Shown: positions 1 to 14,305, counted from the whole stretch's first letter. The stretch is DNA of 63,119 nt, filler included, from Octopus bimaculoides (GCF_001194135.2; 6 parts of 6 records of this genome joined end to end with filler, not necessarily neighbours in it), one strand, 5' to 3'. Numbers and translations are program-made. The notes: generated by a model not told the origin, from the sequence alone.

Positions 1-53
<53 letters not shown>

Positions 54-61
54 TAGTAGTA

Positions 62-1640
62 GTATTTATTGTCTTTGCACAGATTCTAACGATGGAAATG
101 TACTACGCTGCCAGCTGCTCACTACCAGTGAACTAAACACCTTCCAGAGCATTCGAGCGGTTTAAAACAGTGGTATTTGCTGCAAGTGCTCCACCCGTAT
201 TGCAGCCACTATCTGTTCCATGTACTTCTCAAGTTTTTTACTCACTCTTTCCAGGGCTCCGACAATTATTGTTACTACTACCCCGTTTTTCATCAAACAC
301 AACTGCTTAACCTCCCAGGCTAACTTGTCATATCTATCAACATTTCTTTCTTCCTTATCGCATAACTACTTGTCAGCTGGGCATGCTATATCTATGATCC
401 ATCATCGTTTGCTTTATTTCTCAATTAAGACTTAATGGCTTCATATTCTCTATCTCATGGTCACACTAAATCATAAAATCCCATAGAATCTTTGTATTAT
501 CATTTTCGATGATGCCTTCGGGTTTACGTTCGTACCAGTTTTTTGCTCTGTCAAGTCCATACTTGTTGCACAGTGTTCAATGGGCAATCCTTGCTATATT
601 GTCACGACGCCTTTTATATTCCTTTTGGTCTAGTGGCATATATTGACTTGTAACATGCGATACAGTTGCATGATTTTGTCCACAGATTCTGCACTTATCA
701 CTTTCTCACTTTGTGATATGGTGTCTATTCTGTGTTTTGATGTAATTCGTTCTTATTCCTTGCCCTTGAGCAGTACAGATTAGAGCCTCCGCTTCCGATT
801 TTAAATCACATTTAGTCATCCATAGCCATCTTTTTCTCTGTTCGTCTTATATTTAACATCCCTATGAAATTGTCCATGCATTCTTTTCTATACCCACATA
901 TTTTCAGCTTCTTTCATTCTCAAGTGCTTGTACAGTGCTTTATCGTTGCAATCTTCCATCCTACAGAATCCTGACCTTCTTACTTCCAGTAATAGTAGTT
1001 CTGTGGCATTTTTTACATACCATGCTATGTTGTTTTCTTCTGCTCCAATGCTGTGTTCGCTTCCAATCATTCCTCTTCACCATGTTTTCATTGGTACATA
1101 CAGTCTGTCTGTCACCTTTTGGGTGAAGTATCCCATATCTAGTAAGCAACTTCAATGTCTTTCTATCTAAGCTGTTTAGTTCGTCTATTGTCCATGCGAA
1201 TACTCCGGCACCATACTTAAGTAGAGAAACCACCCTGGTATTCATAGCTTCAATCTTATTCCGTCCATGTAATTTCGCCTTAAGTGTCAATCTCAGTCCG
1301 CGCAAGTACTCCACCTTAAAGTTTTCTGTCATGTCTTTTTCCGTCAAATCTTTTTTTCCATCAAAATCCCCAAGTACTTATATCTGCTTCATAACCTCCA
1401 CCGAGGGTATCGCTGGCCCGTCTATACATTTGATTTTACCTCTCTTCAAGACTAACGCACCAGACTTTCTCAGTCCGTACCTCATTCTGATATTAGCACT
1501 GAAAGTATACACCGTATTAACGAGGGAACTGACTTGGAATTCAGTGTTACCATAAAGTTTGAGGTCATCCATGAATAACAGTTGGCTGACATTTTGTTGA
1601 CGGCTTTTGAATACATACTGAGCATTTGCTTTCCTCAGAG
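62..1640 (-). mobile_element. Degraded R4/Dong-like (RLE-type) non-LTR retrotransposon, RT to 3' end
   Basis: LLFMDDLKLYG RT motif near 1572, AMNTRVVSLLKYGAG and LTRYGILHPK thumb-like motifs. Runs into the (AGT)n tract at 1-63. Confidence 0.8.
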
Positions 1641-1778
1641 GCCATTTTATTTATTGCCTTTGCACATATCATGTTATGTTGTTTTCTTCTATTCTAATGG
1701 TGTGTTCGCATCCACTAAGTCCTTTTTCCCCTCTTTTTCTTGGTACATACAGTCTCTCTCTGTCACTTTTCGGCTGGT

Positions 1779-2062
1779 ATTATTATTATTATTATTTTAT
1801 GTTTGATTTTTCCTTTGCATTTGTACAAGTTGGATCCAAGTCTGACCCAGAGACCTCAAGAGACAACAACTTAGAAGTTCATGTAGGTGTTATGCCTAGG
1901 ATACCATATATTTGGATTTGTACAGTTTGGTTCTAGAGAATGTTTAAGAAACCATAAGAAAATTATGTGTTTGTTTTAAATTTGAGATCACATAGACAGT
2001 ATTTTACGTAGGATATGGGCAGTTCCCATGAGCAATATCTTTTGAACTTCAGCCATTTTGAT
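1779..2062 (-). mobile_element. 3' end of an R4/Dong-like LINE
   Basis: EVQKILLMGTAHILRKILSM-stop, then a 3' UTR. Bounded by (TAA)n/(TAT)n tracts on both sides. Confidence 0.7.
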
Positions 2063-2070
2063 TATTATTA

Positions 2071-2125
<55 letters not shown>

Positions 2126-2394
2126 GTTGTTGTTATTGTTTTTTCTTCTTTCTTCAAATTTTCTTCCATTTCTCGCCGAGTGCTTTCCGTACACAGCAGG
2201 CAGAGAAGCTCATTGTATGCATTCCCAGTTTACACACGCAAATTCGCGGGTAAAATATGTATTTAAAAAAGATTAATAAATAAATAAATTCATGAATGGA
2301 TGTTGTTTTCACAGCAATAATGCTCTTATAAGTACACGAGTCGTTCCAGTTAACACGTTGTTTTGCACTTCCTGTAGGGATGGTAAGCCTAGTA

Positions 2395-2823
2395 TCATTT
2401 TCAAATAGGTTTCAGTACCTTTTTCTATCATTTCTAGAGATCCTACAATCACTGGTACGCTAGTCGCCTTGAGGTGCAACACTTTTTTAAAATTTCTATT
2501 TGCAAGTCTTTATATTTACTGATCTTGTCAAATTCTTTCGCCGCTATATTATGATCGCAAGGAATACTCATGTCAATTAATAAACACTTCTTCTTTGTCT
2601 GATCTTTTATAATAATATCCGGTTTATTAGCTTTTATAGATTTGTCGGTATGTATGAGGAAGTTCCAGAGAATCGACACATTTCTGCCTCAGTCACAGCT
2701 TGAGGATGGTGTTTATACCATTTATCAGCGGTTTTGATTTTATAATGCCGGCATATCGTCCAGTGCAAATACTGGCCGACTCTGTCATGTCTTGCTTTAT
2801 ATTCTACAGGTGCTAAGACTCTG

Positions 2824-2825
<2 letters not shown>
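2395..2825 (-). mobile_element. R4/Dong-like LINE, restriction-like endonuclease fragment
   Basis: ILWNFLIHTDKSIKANKPDIIIKD...LLIDMSIPCDHNIAAKEFDKISKYKDL, a PD-(D/E)xK RLE signature. Abuts (TAT)n at 2826-2885. Confidence 0.82.
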
Positions 2826-2884
<59 letters not shown>

Positions 2885-5800
2885 TATCTACATATACTTA
2901 ATGCGTTGTGCATTTTCCCGTGGCTGCAATTGCGTGGAGGTGTATATATACTCTCAAAGCTCTGGGTGTAAAACACGCCAGAATCACTGACTGGCGAGAT
3001 AGCTCACCCTGAATTCAATTTGGGAGTGATAGACATCAGGTCTTTCAGTATTGTTGTGGCTTGTCAACATCACGTACTCACCTGGAGTTGAAGTTGAATC
3101 ACCTAGTCAGTTCCCCACTTATATGCTCATGGCTTGTAAAATCATGAGCTGGTACGCCCGGAAATTGCAGACCTAAGACAAAATTTACATATGAAATAAA
3201 AGCAGCTCTAGTATAATAACTTTTATTATCTACAAATACCTAATGTATATGCTTTGTGTATCTTCTGGTGGCTGCAATAACGCGGGAGAGTAACCACTAC
3301 AAGAGGAATATAGAAATGTGTGTGGGGGTGGAAAGAGAGTGTTATAGTGTTAGTGATGAAAACATTCTTTAGTGTATGTAAGAGGAAACCTGATATGTAT
3401 TTCCTTGGAGACCAGTTTACGTGACTTTTGCCAGTCAATTAAAGGATAGAAAAATTAACTAGCAAAGTACTGGGGTCGAAATTGGTGATGCCTCGACACA
3501 ACCATACAAATGGCTGAAAGCAGGTGGGGAATACAATAATAGGGGTTAGAAGTTATTATAACGGCTTTTGAATTAATGTTTAAGAAGAAAACAACACCAC
3601 ATATTTTGTAATTTTACTAACTTACACAGTGATGTAATTCTTAGAATACCCCTAGTGGTAAGTTACTACCATTATGATACTTTGCACGGTAAAGAAAGCT
3701 GGAAACATCGCAAGTGTAATGGACATCATTACGTGGATAATAGTTTGTATAAATGCGTTGAGAAAAGATATATTTAAAACGATCCTGCTGTTCTGTTATC
3801 AGTTTTATTATTGCAATAATGAAGTGAACTATATTCACATAGTTATTATATACCATTACAGATGTGTCGTAATTGAGATCAGTGCTGCCTTGATATAAAT
3901 TTTACAGCACTATTCTTTCTCGTTTTCTTTCATTGAAACACATATATTCTCTGTAGTGAGATGTTAAAACGTATATCATTTAATATATGATATATTTACA
4001 AATTAAAAATTATATCGATTTTTTTTAAATAGGCCTCGAATGTAAAATATCTGAATAATCGATTACCGCGATTTCAGTAGATCTCTTCTTATTCATTTTA
4101 TCATTCCCGGAATAACTAAAGAAGGTGAAATGGTTCGGATTTGAACTCAGTCCAAAATCAGTTACAACAACACGATATTATCAGATATAATTTGACTGAG
4201 AAGTATGTTGCTTTACAGTTCTCTGCTATCTCAGTCGTTGATTTTTTTCCAGGTTTACATATGTACGTGTAAAATAATTTCCAAAAGAAATAAAACAATT
4301 ACAGATACATGCTAATTTCTAAAACAACCTTAGGTAATCATATCTGATTCAGTGACAAATCAAATAATGTTGTTCCTAATTAGTAAAGATATATCTACTT
4401 CTCAGCAGATGGAAAATGAAGCGCATTCAGTAAGATCATATCTCTGTGTTTTGCCGTAATCCTTTTACTGATTGCTACGATATATGATGAATGATGATGA
4501 CACAAAAACAACACACTTCCAGTGGATTTGATTATACTATATGACATTAGTGATATCATCTTTCAATACATAATGATTTTTTAACATAGCAACATGGTTA
4601 TACGTTTGATTAGAGATTATAGGTGATCAAATCAATATCAGAACGTCGATTTATTTCTTCGGACCCAGAAGGATAAAATGCAATTTAGAACTCCTGAGTT
4701 AAAGAAGTCTGCTAAATACTGCCAGGCCTATTGTTCGTGTGTCTGGGGAGTAAGCATTCACCTCCTATTATCTCAAAATGTATAATGTAAAGAATAAAAG
4801 AAAGGATTGGTTATGATTCAATATGTCATTCAGTGAGACCCTTAATCTACTGCATTTCAAAGGCTTCACTGAATAGCATATATATNNNNNNNNNNNNNNN
4901 NNNNNNNNNNNNNNNNNNNNNNNNNNNNNNNNNNNNNNNNNNNNNNNNNNNNNNNNNNNNNNNNNNNNNNNNNNNNNNNNNNNNNNNNNNNNNNNNNNNN
5001 NNNNNNNNNNNNNNNNNNNNNNNNNNNNNNNNNNNNNNNNNNNNNNNNNNNNNNNNNNNNNNNNNNNNNNNNNNNNNNNNNNNNNNNNNNNNNNNNNNNN
5101 NNNNNNNNNNNNNNNNNNNNNNNNNNNNNNNNNNNNNNNNNNNNNNNNNNNNNNNNNNNNNNNNNNNNNNNNNNNNNNNNNNNNNNNNNNNNNNNNNNNN
5201 NNNNNNNNNNNNNNNNNNNNNNNNNNNNNNNNNNNNNNNNNNNNNNNNNNNNNNNNNNNNNNNNNNNNNNNNNNNNNNNNNNNNNNNNNNNNNNNNNNNN
5301 NNNNNNNNNNNNNNNNNNNNNNNNNNNNNNNNNNNNNNNNNNNNNNNNNNNNNNNNNNNNNNNNNNNNNNNNNNNNNNNNNNNNNNNNNNNNNNNNNNNN
5401 NNNNNNNNNNNNNNNNNNNNNNNNNNNNNNNNNNNNNNNNNNNNNNNNNNNNNNNNNNNNNNNNNNNNNNNNNNNNNNNNNNNNNNNNNNNNNNNNNNNN
5501 NNNNNNNNNNNNNNNNNNNNNNNNNNNNNNNNNNNNNNNNNNNNNNNNNNNNNNNNNNNNNNNNNNNNNNNNNNNNNNNNNNNNNNNNNNNNNNNNNNNN
5601 NNNNNNNNNNNNNNNNNNNNNNNNNNNNNNNNNNNNNNNNNNNNNNNNNNNNNNNNNNNNNNNNNNNNNNNNNNNNNNNNNNNNNNNNNNNNNNNNNNNN
5701 NNNNNNNNNNNNNNNNNNNNNNNNNNNNNNNNNNNNNNNNNNNNNNNNNNNNNNNNNNNNNNNNNNNNNNNNNNNNNNNNNNNNNNNNNNNNNNNNNNNN

Positions 5801-5917
5801 NNNNNNNNNNNNNNNNNNNNNNNNNNNNNNNNNNNNNNNNNNNNNNNNNNNNNNNNNNNNNNNNNNNNNNGTGACTGAATCAAGTAAATGATAAAAGGAA
5901 AATATAATAGATACAAA

Positions 5918-6815
5918 CGAGGTTGATCAATAATTATCCGGATAGTTGCCATAGTAGCGAAGCTAAAGCACTCAGAGTAAAGCCGCTCGGCCACGATTGA
6001 ACATGAACTCTGCTGTGCTTGCGTACTGAGATTTAACGTTCTAGATCACTTCCACTGTTTCCAGCAGTGCTTGGAAGGAATGTGCGTAGCGTGTAATCAT
6101 TGCATTGGCCATGGCAGAGAAAGTTGTCATGGCGATACCTGCTCAGAGGCCTATGCAAAGTTGTAAAAAACTGTACGGAGAGGTGTGTATGATCCGCACA
6201 CATGTGTACAAGTGGTCCAGATATTTCAAAGATGGCAGAAAATATGTCGATATTGACAAACCTTCTGGGAGACCTGCAACCAGCAGAACTGAGAAAAATA
6301 TCGCAGATGTGCGTGCAGCTGAGAGGGGAAATCCTCGAATAACCATCCGTGCGTTATCGAGAGGATGTGCAGATTAGTTACGGTTCAGTTCAGTCCATTA
6401 TCACTGCAGATTTGTGTATGAGACACGTGTCTGCCAAGTTTGTGCCAAAACTGCTTTCAGCTGACTAAAAAGACTTTCGGGTTACAGTGTCGCAAGATCT
6501 CCTTCATTGTTTGACGAAGGATGGAAACTTTTTGAAAGCTTTGCGTTTGCCTCTGAGCATGTATCGCCAAAGTTTTGGCAATATTTGATGCAGATTCTCT
6601 GCTCAACATCCTCTGTAATGATCACTGCGACGATCACACACGCTACAGGCCTTCCTTCCAAACACTACTGTAAAGAGAGAAAGGGAGCTAGAAAGTTAAA
6701 AATTAGTACACATACACAGCAGAGGTCAAGGTCAATTATTGCCGGGCGGCTTCACTCTGCATGGTTTAGCTTCGTTACTATGGCAGCAGTCCGGATACTT
6801 ATTCATCAGATCACG
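5918..6815 (+). mobile_element. Internally deleted mariner element with long inverted ends
   Basis: Transposase N-terminus pieces VYKWSRYFKDGR...SGRPATSRT...RHVSAKFVPKLL at about 6170-6510. Inverted arms at about 5918-6000 and 6735-6815. TA follows the right end. Confidence 0.85.
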
Positions 6816-7149
6816 TATGTATATTCACATACATTAATCACAAATTTACATATTTTTCTTTTATTAGATTTTTGTACCTTTAGGCTTATAGAATGTAATC
6901 TTATATTACTCGATCATCTATTTGGTTTTCCACACTGGCATCCAATCACAATCTTTCTACATTTATGCTTTTCATTGTTTCATTAGGCTTTTGAAAATAT
7001 TTGCAAAATTTGAAGTTCAAACTATTTGAATTTTGCTAGTTTATTTTCAATACTGAATACAATGTATTCTTCCGTAAAAAGTCATACAAAGAAAACACAC
7101 ACAGAAACACACACACAGACACACACACACAGACACACACACACACACT

Positions 7150-7183
<34 letters not shown>

Positions 7184-8152
7184 TACACACACATACACAC
7201 ACACACACACACACTCACACACACACTGACAAACATACATTTTTAATTGATTCAGTTATTGTTTCAACAATACATATTTCTAAGTTTGGTACTAATTTTA
7301 TCGGTCCTTTGGTTTTCTACGGGGGTATAAATATACCAAAAGTGATGTGAGGGAGAAACGCAGACCGGCACATACAAGATATATATACAACAGGCTTCCA
7401 CACACTTTCCGTCAACACATCCACCAATAATGTACTGATCGACTCACAGAGATATTAGAAGCCACTACATTACGATTACGTGTAGTGAAAATGAATTCGA
7501 AACCACGTGGTTACAAAGGGACGCCTGTATAGTATATAACGGGAAAACTTTCCTTTATCGGTCGGTCTTCACCTCGTGAATTCTTTAAAGCATATCTTTT
7601 CACTCTTCATTAGATTTTAATTCCTTCTCACTTCTTTTCATTTAGTTATCGCCACTATCCCGCTGTTGGTACATCGCTGAATTTCTGACTTTCTATCCTA
7701 GGCATTTTCCTTCTCACTGAAAGCTTGGCTACCCTGGTAGTTTATAACCTCTGTTATTGCTCTGGAGAAATTCGTTTCATTTAACCTGGTCCTACTGAGA
7801 ATCTTTCTCATTCTACTGCCTCATCATAAATCCTCTCATTTATTCTCAGTATCCCTCTCATCCGATCTCGCTAACTCTCTCATATTTTCAATTTCAATTA
7901 CCTCTCGTCCCCTAGCAATTGACTTCATTTTCAGCCTTACGACTCTAATACTATTAACGTTGCAACTATGTCAGTTTTTTTTATGTTGTTATTCTACCAA
8001 TTTCTTCATCCATCGTAACTTTTCCTGCTTCAATACAACAAAAACCTCTTACTCTCTCTTTTGTTTTTACCTCTCCGCCTTACTGTTTTACTTTTCTCAT
8101 ATCTTTTTTGTTTAATAGTATCGTTTTTGTTTATCACTTCCCATCTAGCGGT

Positions 8153-8185
<33 letters not shown>

Positions 8186-8247
8186 NNNNNNNNNNATCTT
8201 TTTTGTTTAATAGTATCGTTTTTGTTTATCACTTCCCATCTAGCGGT

Positions 8248-8300
<53 letters not shown>

Positions 8301-8789
8301 TCACTCACTCACTCTCCTCTTTCTCGTTATCAAGCCCTGCAAACCGCCTCTGCTCTTGCATCTTGTTTTCTCTCTTCTTTATTCCCCATTCTCTATTATT
8401 ATCTACTTATATTTCCTCTATATTTTCGTATCACCTGCATATCAGCCTACTATTGCAAAGTCTTTTATTCACATATTTTCTCTTTTACTCTCTCTCTCTC
8501 TCTCTCTCTCTCTCATTGTCTCTCTCTCATTCTCTCTCCTGTGCACATCAATTCCTTTATATCGCTCACTGTAATTTCTTTAGATTTGTCGCTGGCAGTC
8601 TAATATTATCAATGCTTCTTTCACCTTTGCCTTCTTTCCACTTTCTCTACTCTCTTGAATAGTTTATTATAGCCCATAATTAGTACTTCTTATCTAGTAA
8701 TTTGTCTTCTTATCCCTTTTTTACATACCACCTACTTTGCTCACACATCTTCGCAGTCACATTTCGAAATGCCTTACCATTCCTCCTTA

Positions 8790-8860
8790 TGACTCTGTAA
8801 TGCTACAGGATACCAGTGCGACAAGTGTTTTACATATCCTCTTTCACCATTTCCAGGTAT
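8790..8860 (-). mobile_element. Possible old RTE-like LINE 3' fragment
   Basis: - strand WREMVKEDM-like peptide only, heavily decayed. Confidence 0.3.
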
Positions 8861-9952
8861 CTGTGGGCCTGTCACACATGATATATCTTTGAATGAAATT
8901 CTGTTTCATCCACATTGCCCATGGTTAAACAAAAACAGCGATTTAATGAGGGCCTCCATGCAATCATTCACTCCCTCCGAAAAAGCTGCAACATATCTCA
9001 TATGGCTGAACCTCAATTTCCTGCCCAAAATTGCCATCTAATCAGTAACGAAGAAGTTGACTAATATAACGTTGCGTGAATAATATGACACTGCTTATTG
9101 CAGTTTCCAAGGTGTCAGGGCTTCATAGCCCCCAAACGTTCCCCCGTTTCTACGAACTCGGAGCTCTAGTTATCATATAAGATGACAAATGACACTAGGT
9201 AAACATGCATACCGCATGAATGAGCCTAGAGTCAATGAAGTAAATGTTATATTTGGTGGAGATCTTCACGACAGAACAGAGAGAATAGAGAAGAGCAAGG
9301 ACAGTACCGTTAACATGACCTTTTTATATCAATTTTAAAGGTGCATATTATTTTGTATTACCACAAGCCAAATTTAATTTTTCTAATTTATCATATGCAT
9401 GGTTTTTACGGCTACTAATTTATGATCCGAGGCAATTCCTTCTACCACATGAATTGAGGTCAAATTTTATTCATTAAGTGTCCAGAGTAAACGTTTACTA
9501 AGATGGTATATTTAAGATTATGCTGCAATGAAATCCCTCCAAAGGGAAGAACGGAAACTGTTATACGTATTCAAGTTTCATTATTCGCCTTCCATATTTG
9601 CTTCAGTGAACAGAAGATGTGATGACACATGCTTACTGATTTCACCACTGAACCTTCCTCGTGGATACATACATATATACATGCAGAATTACATAAATAT
9701 TTATGCACGCACACTCGCACAANNNNNNNNNNCCTTTCGTTTGTTCACTCATATATGTGTGTGTGTCTGTGATTACGTGTGTGTACGTGTTAGTGTGCTC
9801 GTCTGTGTGTGTGCATATAAATAGACAGATAGATGGATGAAGGATATAGAGAGATGTGTGAACGTAAGTTATGTTTACGATGAATTAACTTCATAATATA
9901 AATATATATATATATGCAAACACACATGTACACAAACATGCAAACACGCACA

Positions 9953-9985
<33 letters not shown>

Positions 9986-11382
9986 GCACACATATAAATA
10001 TATATATACACATGCGCATATATATACTTGTGTGTGTACAGACACACACACATATACACATACATATATATGTGTATAGACACACACATATAGATATACA
10101 CACATACACACACATATATATATGTACTTATCCTTAATAGTATATTATTAAACCATAAGAATCAAGCATCTAAAAATGAATAATTACTAATCCCACGCAT
10201 GCGCAGCATAATGAATCTGATATCAATAGGCATTGCACAACGGAACACATCTGAATATTTTCCATTAAATATTCATATATCAGAGGGCCATCAAATTTTG
10301 CTGCAGAAATTTAAACCTCGAATAACAATCATTTTAAAGGAATTATGCTCACGCTAAAGATTTCAATTCCATTATACTAGAAGCAAGCAGGTTACCACCC
10401 GTATGCCAAATTCTGCATCTTACTGAAACATGACTCTCTGACCCCTTGAATGAAAGTCATTCAGATAAAATCCAATGAACCTACATTAATGCTCCCTTAA
10501 AATGCAAGTGGCATGAAATGTCAGCAATGTTTCTTTATTATACGAAGTAATGACTTTATTCATCGTATATTTTTGTTCGATAATTTAATATCAATTTGTT
10601 TTATATGCAAGTAACTTAAAAGCGTACAAGAGAAGGGAAAAGTGTATGAATTTAAATGCATAAATACAATTCATCCGGAATGGAATGCATGTTCATTTTG
10701 CGAGAGATATTCTGAAGTTGTCGTAAACTGGAAATACATAAACATACTGTTTGCATAAATAAGCTTATGAGTGACAGTAAACGCCTAGCTTTATGAATGA
10801 ATATATTTAGCAACTAATACCAAAATGGTAGTTTCAGAAAACACGCACACAATACATTTAAATGCACAATAAAGATGTTTTCAATGGCATCGAATTTTCA
10901 ATGGCATATGTATTGTTTTCTTCACTCGTGCACAAATCTCAGTTGGGATTAAAATATGTTTCTTCTGTTCTTCCATGACGCTTCAGCTTCATAGGATCCG
11001 TTTTTAATTTTGTTATTTTCGCAGAATTTATTTTATTACATCCATTCATGAGATGGGAAATTATGGTAGCTCTGTTGTAAATAGAAAATAGAAAACCCAA
11101 ATACTAAATACCGCACACAAATCAAACTTTTTTAAATATCTATATCATTGAAACCAATCAATGCATGTACAATAGGTCTATTTATGACCTTAGATCTTGT
11201 GCAACTCGTGACAGTAAAGTTTTAGTTGCTAAAACTCATTGATTCTTAAAACGATATTGCATCATAATGCATTGAGCATCCAACACTTATTGCAATGTCA
11301 TATTTTGCCACGAATATATTTTACTATATTTAATGGTGTGTTGGAATTTTTCAGGCAGTTTATTGGCTGCTTAATGGGCAGG

Positions 11383-11385
<3 letters not shown>

Positions 11386-11456
<71 letters not shown>
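11386..11456. repeat. (GATA)n microsatellite
   Basis: Directly visible. Confidence 0.98.
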
Positions 11457-11458
<2 letters not shown>

Positions 11459-11548
11459 CCGCAAAGTATAGCATTACATAACCATAACAGCTGATCTTAC
11501 CAATCAGTTTCGCATAGGGAATACAATGGAGTGTTTGGTAACAATCAG

Positions 11549-11708
11549 ATTATTTACATTATTTACATTGAACGGATATGTGTACTCACCTTGTTTGTCG
11601 TTACCACAAGGTTGCAGATGATTCACCCTCCAGCCTTCATCCGTTTCCTGGTAGAATTTTGACCCCAACCCTGGGTTCTTTTTCCTAAGGTATTTTCTCT
11701 CTGCTGAA

Positions 11709-11781
<73 letters not shown>

Positions 11782-12076
11782 GCTATTCACTGCATGAAAA
11801 TGAAGTCGGAATCTTGGAGTTAGTAGCCCACGCTCTTAACCATTAAGCTATATGCCCGTGGGATTGCGAGTTCAATTCCAGGCAGTGCTTTGAATAAATA
11901 ATAATAATTATAACATCAGCAAAAAAAAAAGAACCTTAGGAATGGGAACCTAGGGCTGGGCTCAAAATTCTTCCAGGACACCTGATGAAGGCTGGAGAGT
12001 AAATCAGCCGAAACGTTGTGGTAATAACAAACAAGATGAGGACAAATAACCGTTCAATGTAAATAATGTAAATAAT
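11549..12076. mobile_element. Inverted pair of Penelope-like terminal fragments
   Basis: 11549-11691 is the approximate reverse complement of 11933-12076 (ctgatgaaggctggag...cgaaacgttg...tgtaaataatgtaaataat). A third partial copy lies near 36395-36490. Family name is inference. Confidence 0.6.
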
Positions 12077-12939
12077 GTACAGAATACCTCATCTCTAAAA
12101 TATGGACAAACAATCCAATTATATAAATTTACGTTCATCAGACTTAGCCAATAAAGAATAGAATATGGCGACTGCTCTGTTATTGTCAGAGAGGGATTAG
12201 CTCAACCGGTCATTGGCTGCCGTGAAAAAAGTGGTGAAACAACAAAGAGATCAAGGGATAAGTTTAGGAGTTATGTCCCTACGTTGGGTATAATGTTAAG
12301 CAGGCAAGAGTTATCTTTAAGTGGAGAGATATGTAGTATTAATGTGATGCTCCTGTGGGGATGGGTTTGTAATATGTGTAATAGTGCCATATGCATAATT
12401 TTATCTGGGTGTGTAGGTATATATAGTTGTGTTCATTAGTCTGTTTTCTTTCTGTAAAGGATAGTCATGGGTTTTTTTTGTTAGCGTGTGGTGTGCTATT
12501 AAAGCCGCACTGAAAAAATCTATTAAAATAATACGTGCAAAAATATGCACAGGTAATCAATCTATCCAACTTAAACATGAACAATACTGAACTAGATATT
12601 CACTTGTTTTACCCTCCTTTCCTCAATCATCTTGTTTCCAGCCTCATAGGCTCTACTCGAACCCCTAAGTCTAGTTCTTTTCTTGTAGTTTCATCCGTGT
12701 TCTCATGAGTGACAAGGAAGAGCCGATCTGCAAGTTTATATAAAAGCACGTTCTTCTCAAACAACCCTAAAAATCCATAATCTCAAACAGCCCTAAAAGT
12801 CCATAATCACTACACCTTGTTATAGATTTGGCAAAATAAAGTCTATGACTCAGCACTAAATATAGCAAGTGTTTAATATATGCTAATATTATTTTGTCAT
12901 ACAAGCAGTGTCTATATAATTTTGAGCAGCAGGAACACA

Positions 12940-13080
12940 TTCGCTTATATCGACTACAGTAATTGACAAGTACGTTATTTTATTGACCCGGCAGCATAGA
13001 AGCCAAAGTTAAACTCAGTGGCCTTCGAATTCAGAACGTAAGGAACAAATATTGTGAGACAGATTGGTGGTATAACCATA
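12940..13080 (-). mobile_element. tRNA-derived SINE, family C (old copy)
   Basis: Similar to the 21935-22100 copy. Confidence 0.55.
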
Positions 13081-14038
13081 CTGTCAAACAATGAAAATAT
13101 ATTCAAATATATTAATCGGATATAGAATATGTAACCACTTTGCATAAATTGCTCTAGAGTAGAGCGATAGTCCGCTGGAGAGGCATAACATCCTATTATA
13201 GCCTATTGAACAAAAGATCACAACTGGTGAATTTTGCAGACTCTTTCGTCAATATTTACTGAGAAATTTCTAAATAGCAACTGGCTGAAATAGTGTTCCA
13301 CATAATTGATTTGCTGCAATCTCAACGATGGTGACATATTGTAAAAAACATTCAGTCATCAACACGAAAACCGTACTAACATTTCCTCCCTTTTATATAT
13401 TGTATAGATATGATATGAAAATAACACGTGACTATTTATGAAAGGGGATGAATATTATAAGTGTTCCATTCATAAATCAATCCATTCATAAATCAATATG
13501 TGATACATTTACTAAAAGTCTTTTGGCAACCATTCAAATTTCGATAACTGATAATAATATTACGATGTGTTTATAATCATTCTACTTACATATTTTCATA
13601 CCGGTTCCTTCTTCAACTGTTTCATTGACTTCAAAGCTTATGTAGTTGCATTTTGCCCTCGGGATTTGATACGACAGAAGTTAATAATTCATTTATTATT
13701 AAGAAAGAATTTGCTTAATATATTTGTAATTAAGACAAAACTTCTGGCATATTTGCTTTTGACTTAAGTAATATTCGTTTTACTGAAAGATTAATAAGCA
13801 GAGGTTCTAAAATTGAGGCACGAAGCCAGTTTGGTACAGTCCACGCAGCTTGAATTTATGTGAATAAAATGTAAATAAGCAACAAGGATGCACTGATAGC
13901 TGGACATCCTAGGGAAGAAAAGAATGGTAGTTTTACGTTTCGAGCAAAACTCTTCTTGAGGAAACAGGAGATAGCGGAAAGTCTAAGAGAAAAGGAAGAA
14001 GGAATAAAAACATCGCCAACGATCCACATCGATATAGG

Positions 14039-14074
<36 letters not shown>

Positions 14075-14107
14075 TTTGTTTGTGTGTGTGTATGTGTATG
14101 TTGGTGT

Positions 14108-14305
14108 GTCAATGTTTGTCTCTCCACCATCGCTTGACAACCGATATTCGTGCGTTTACGTCCCCGTAATCTAGGGGTTCGGCAACATAGACCAGTAGAA
14201 TAAATACTATGATTACAAAGAAACAGTACTGGGTCGATTTGTTCGACAAAAGGCGGTGCTGTAGCACGTCCGCAGTCAAATAACTGAAACAGATAAAAGA
14301 ATACA
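14108..14305 (+). mobile_element. SINE family A, 3' part
   Basis: catcgcttgacaaccgat...gcagtcaaataactgaaac, shared with 44391-44772. Confidence 0.8.

Noticed and set aside
4768-5994. Long ORFs through N runs (also 14515-15309, 39334-40616, 42682-43484, 48481-49262, 55526-56148)
   Set aside because: Their length is due to unknown bases translated as X.
8105-8255. Exact 55-bp duplication
   Set aside because: Identical copies either side of a 10-N gap, typical unmerged contig overlap.
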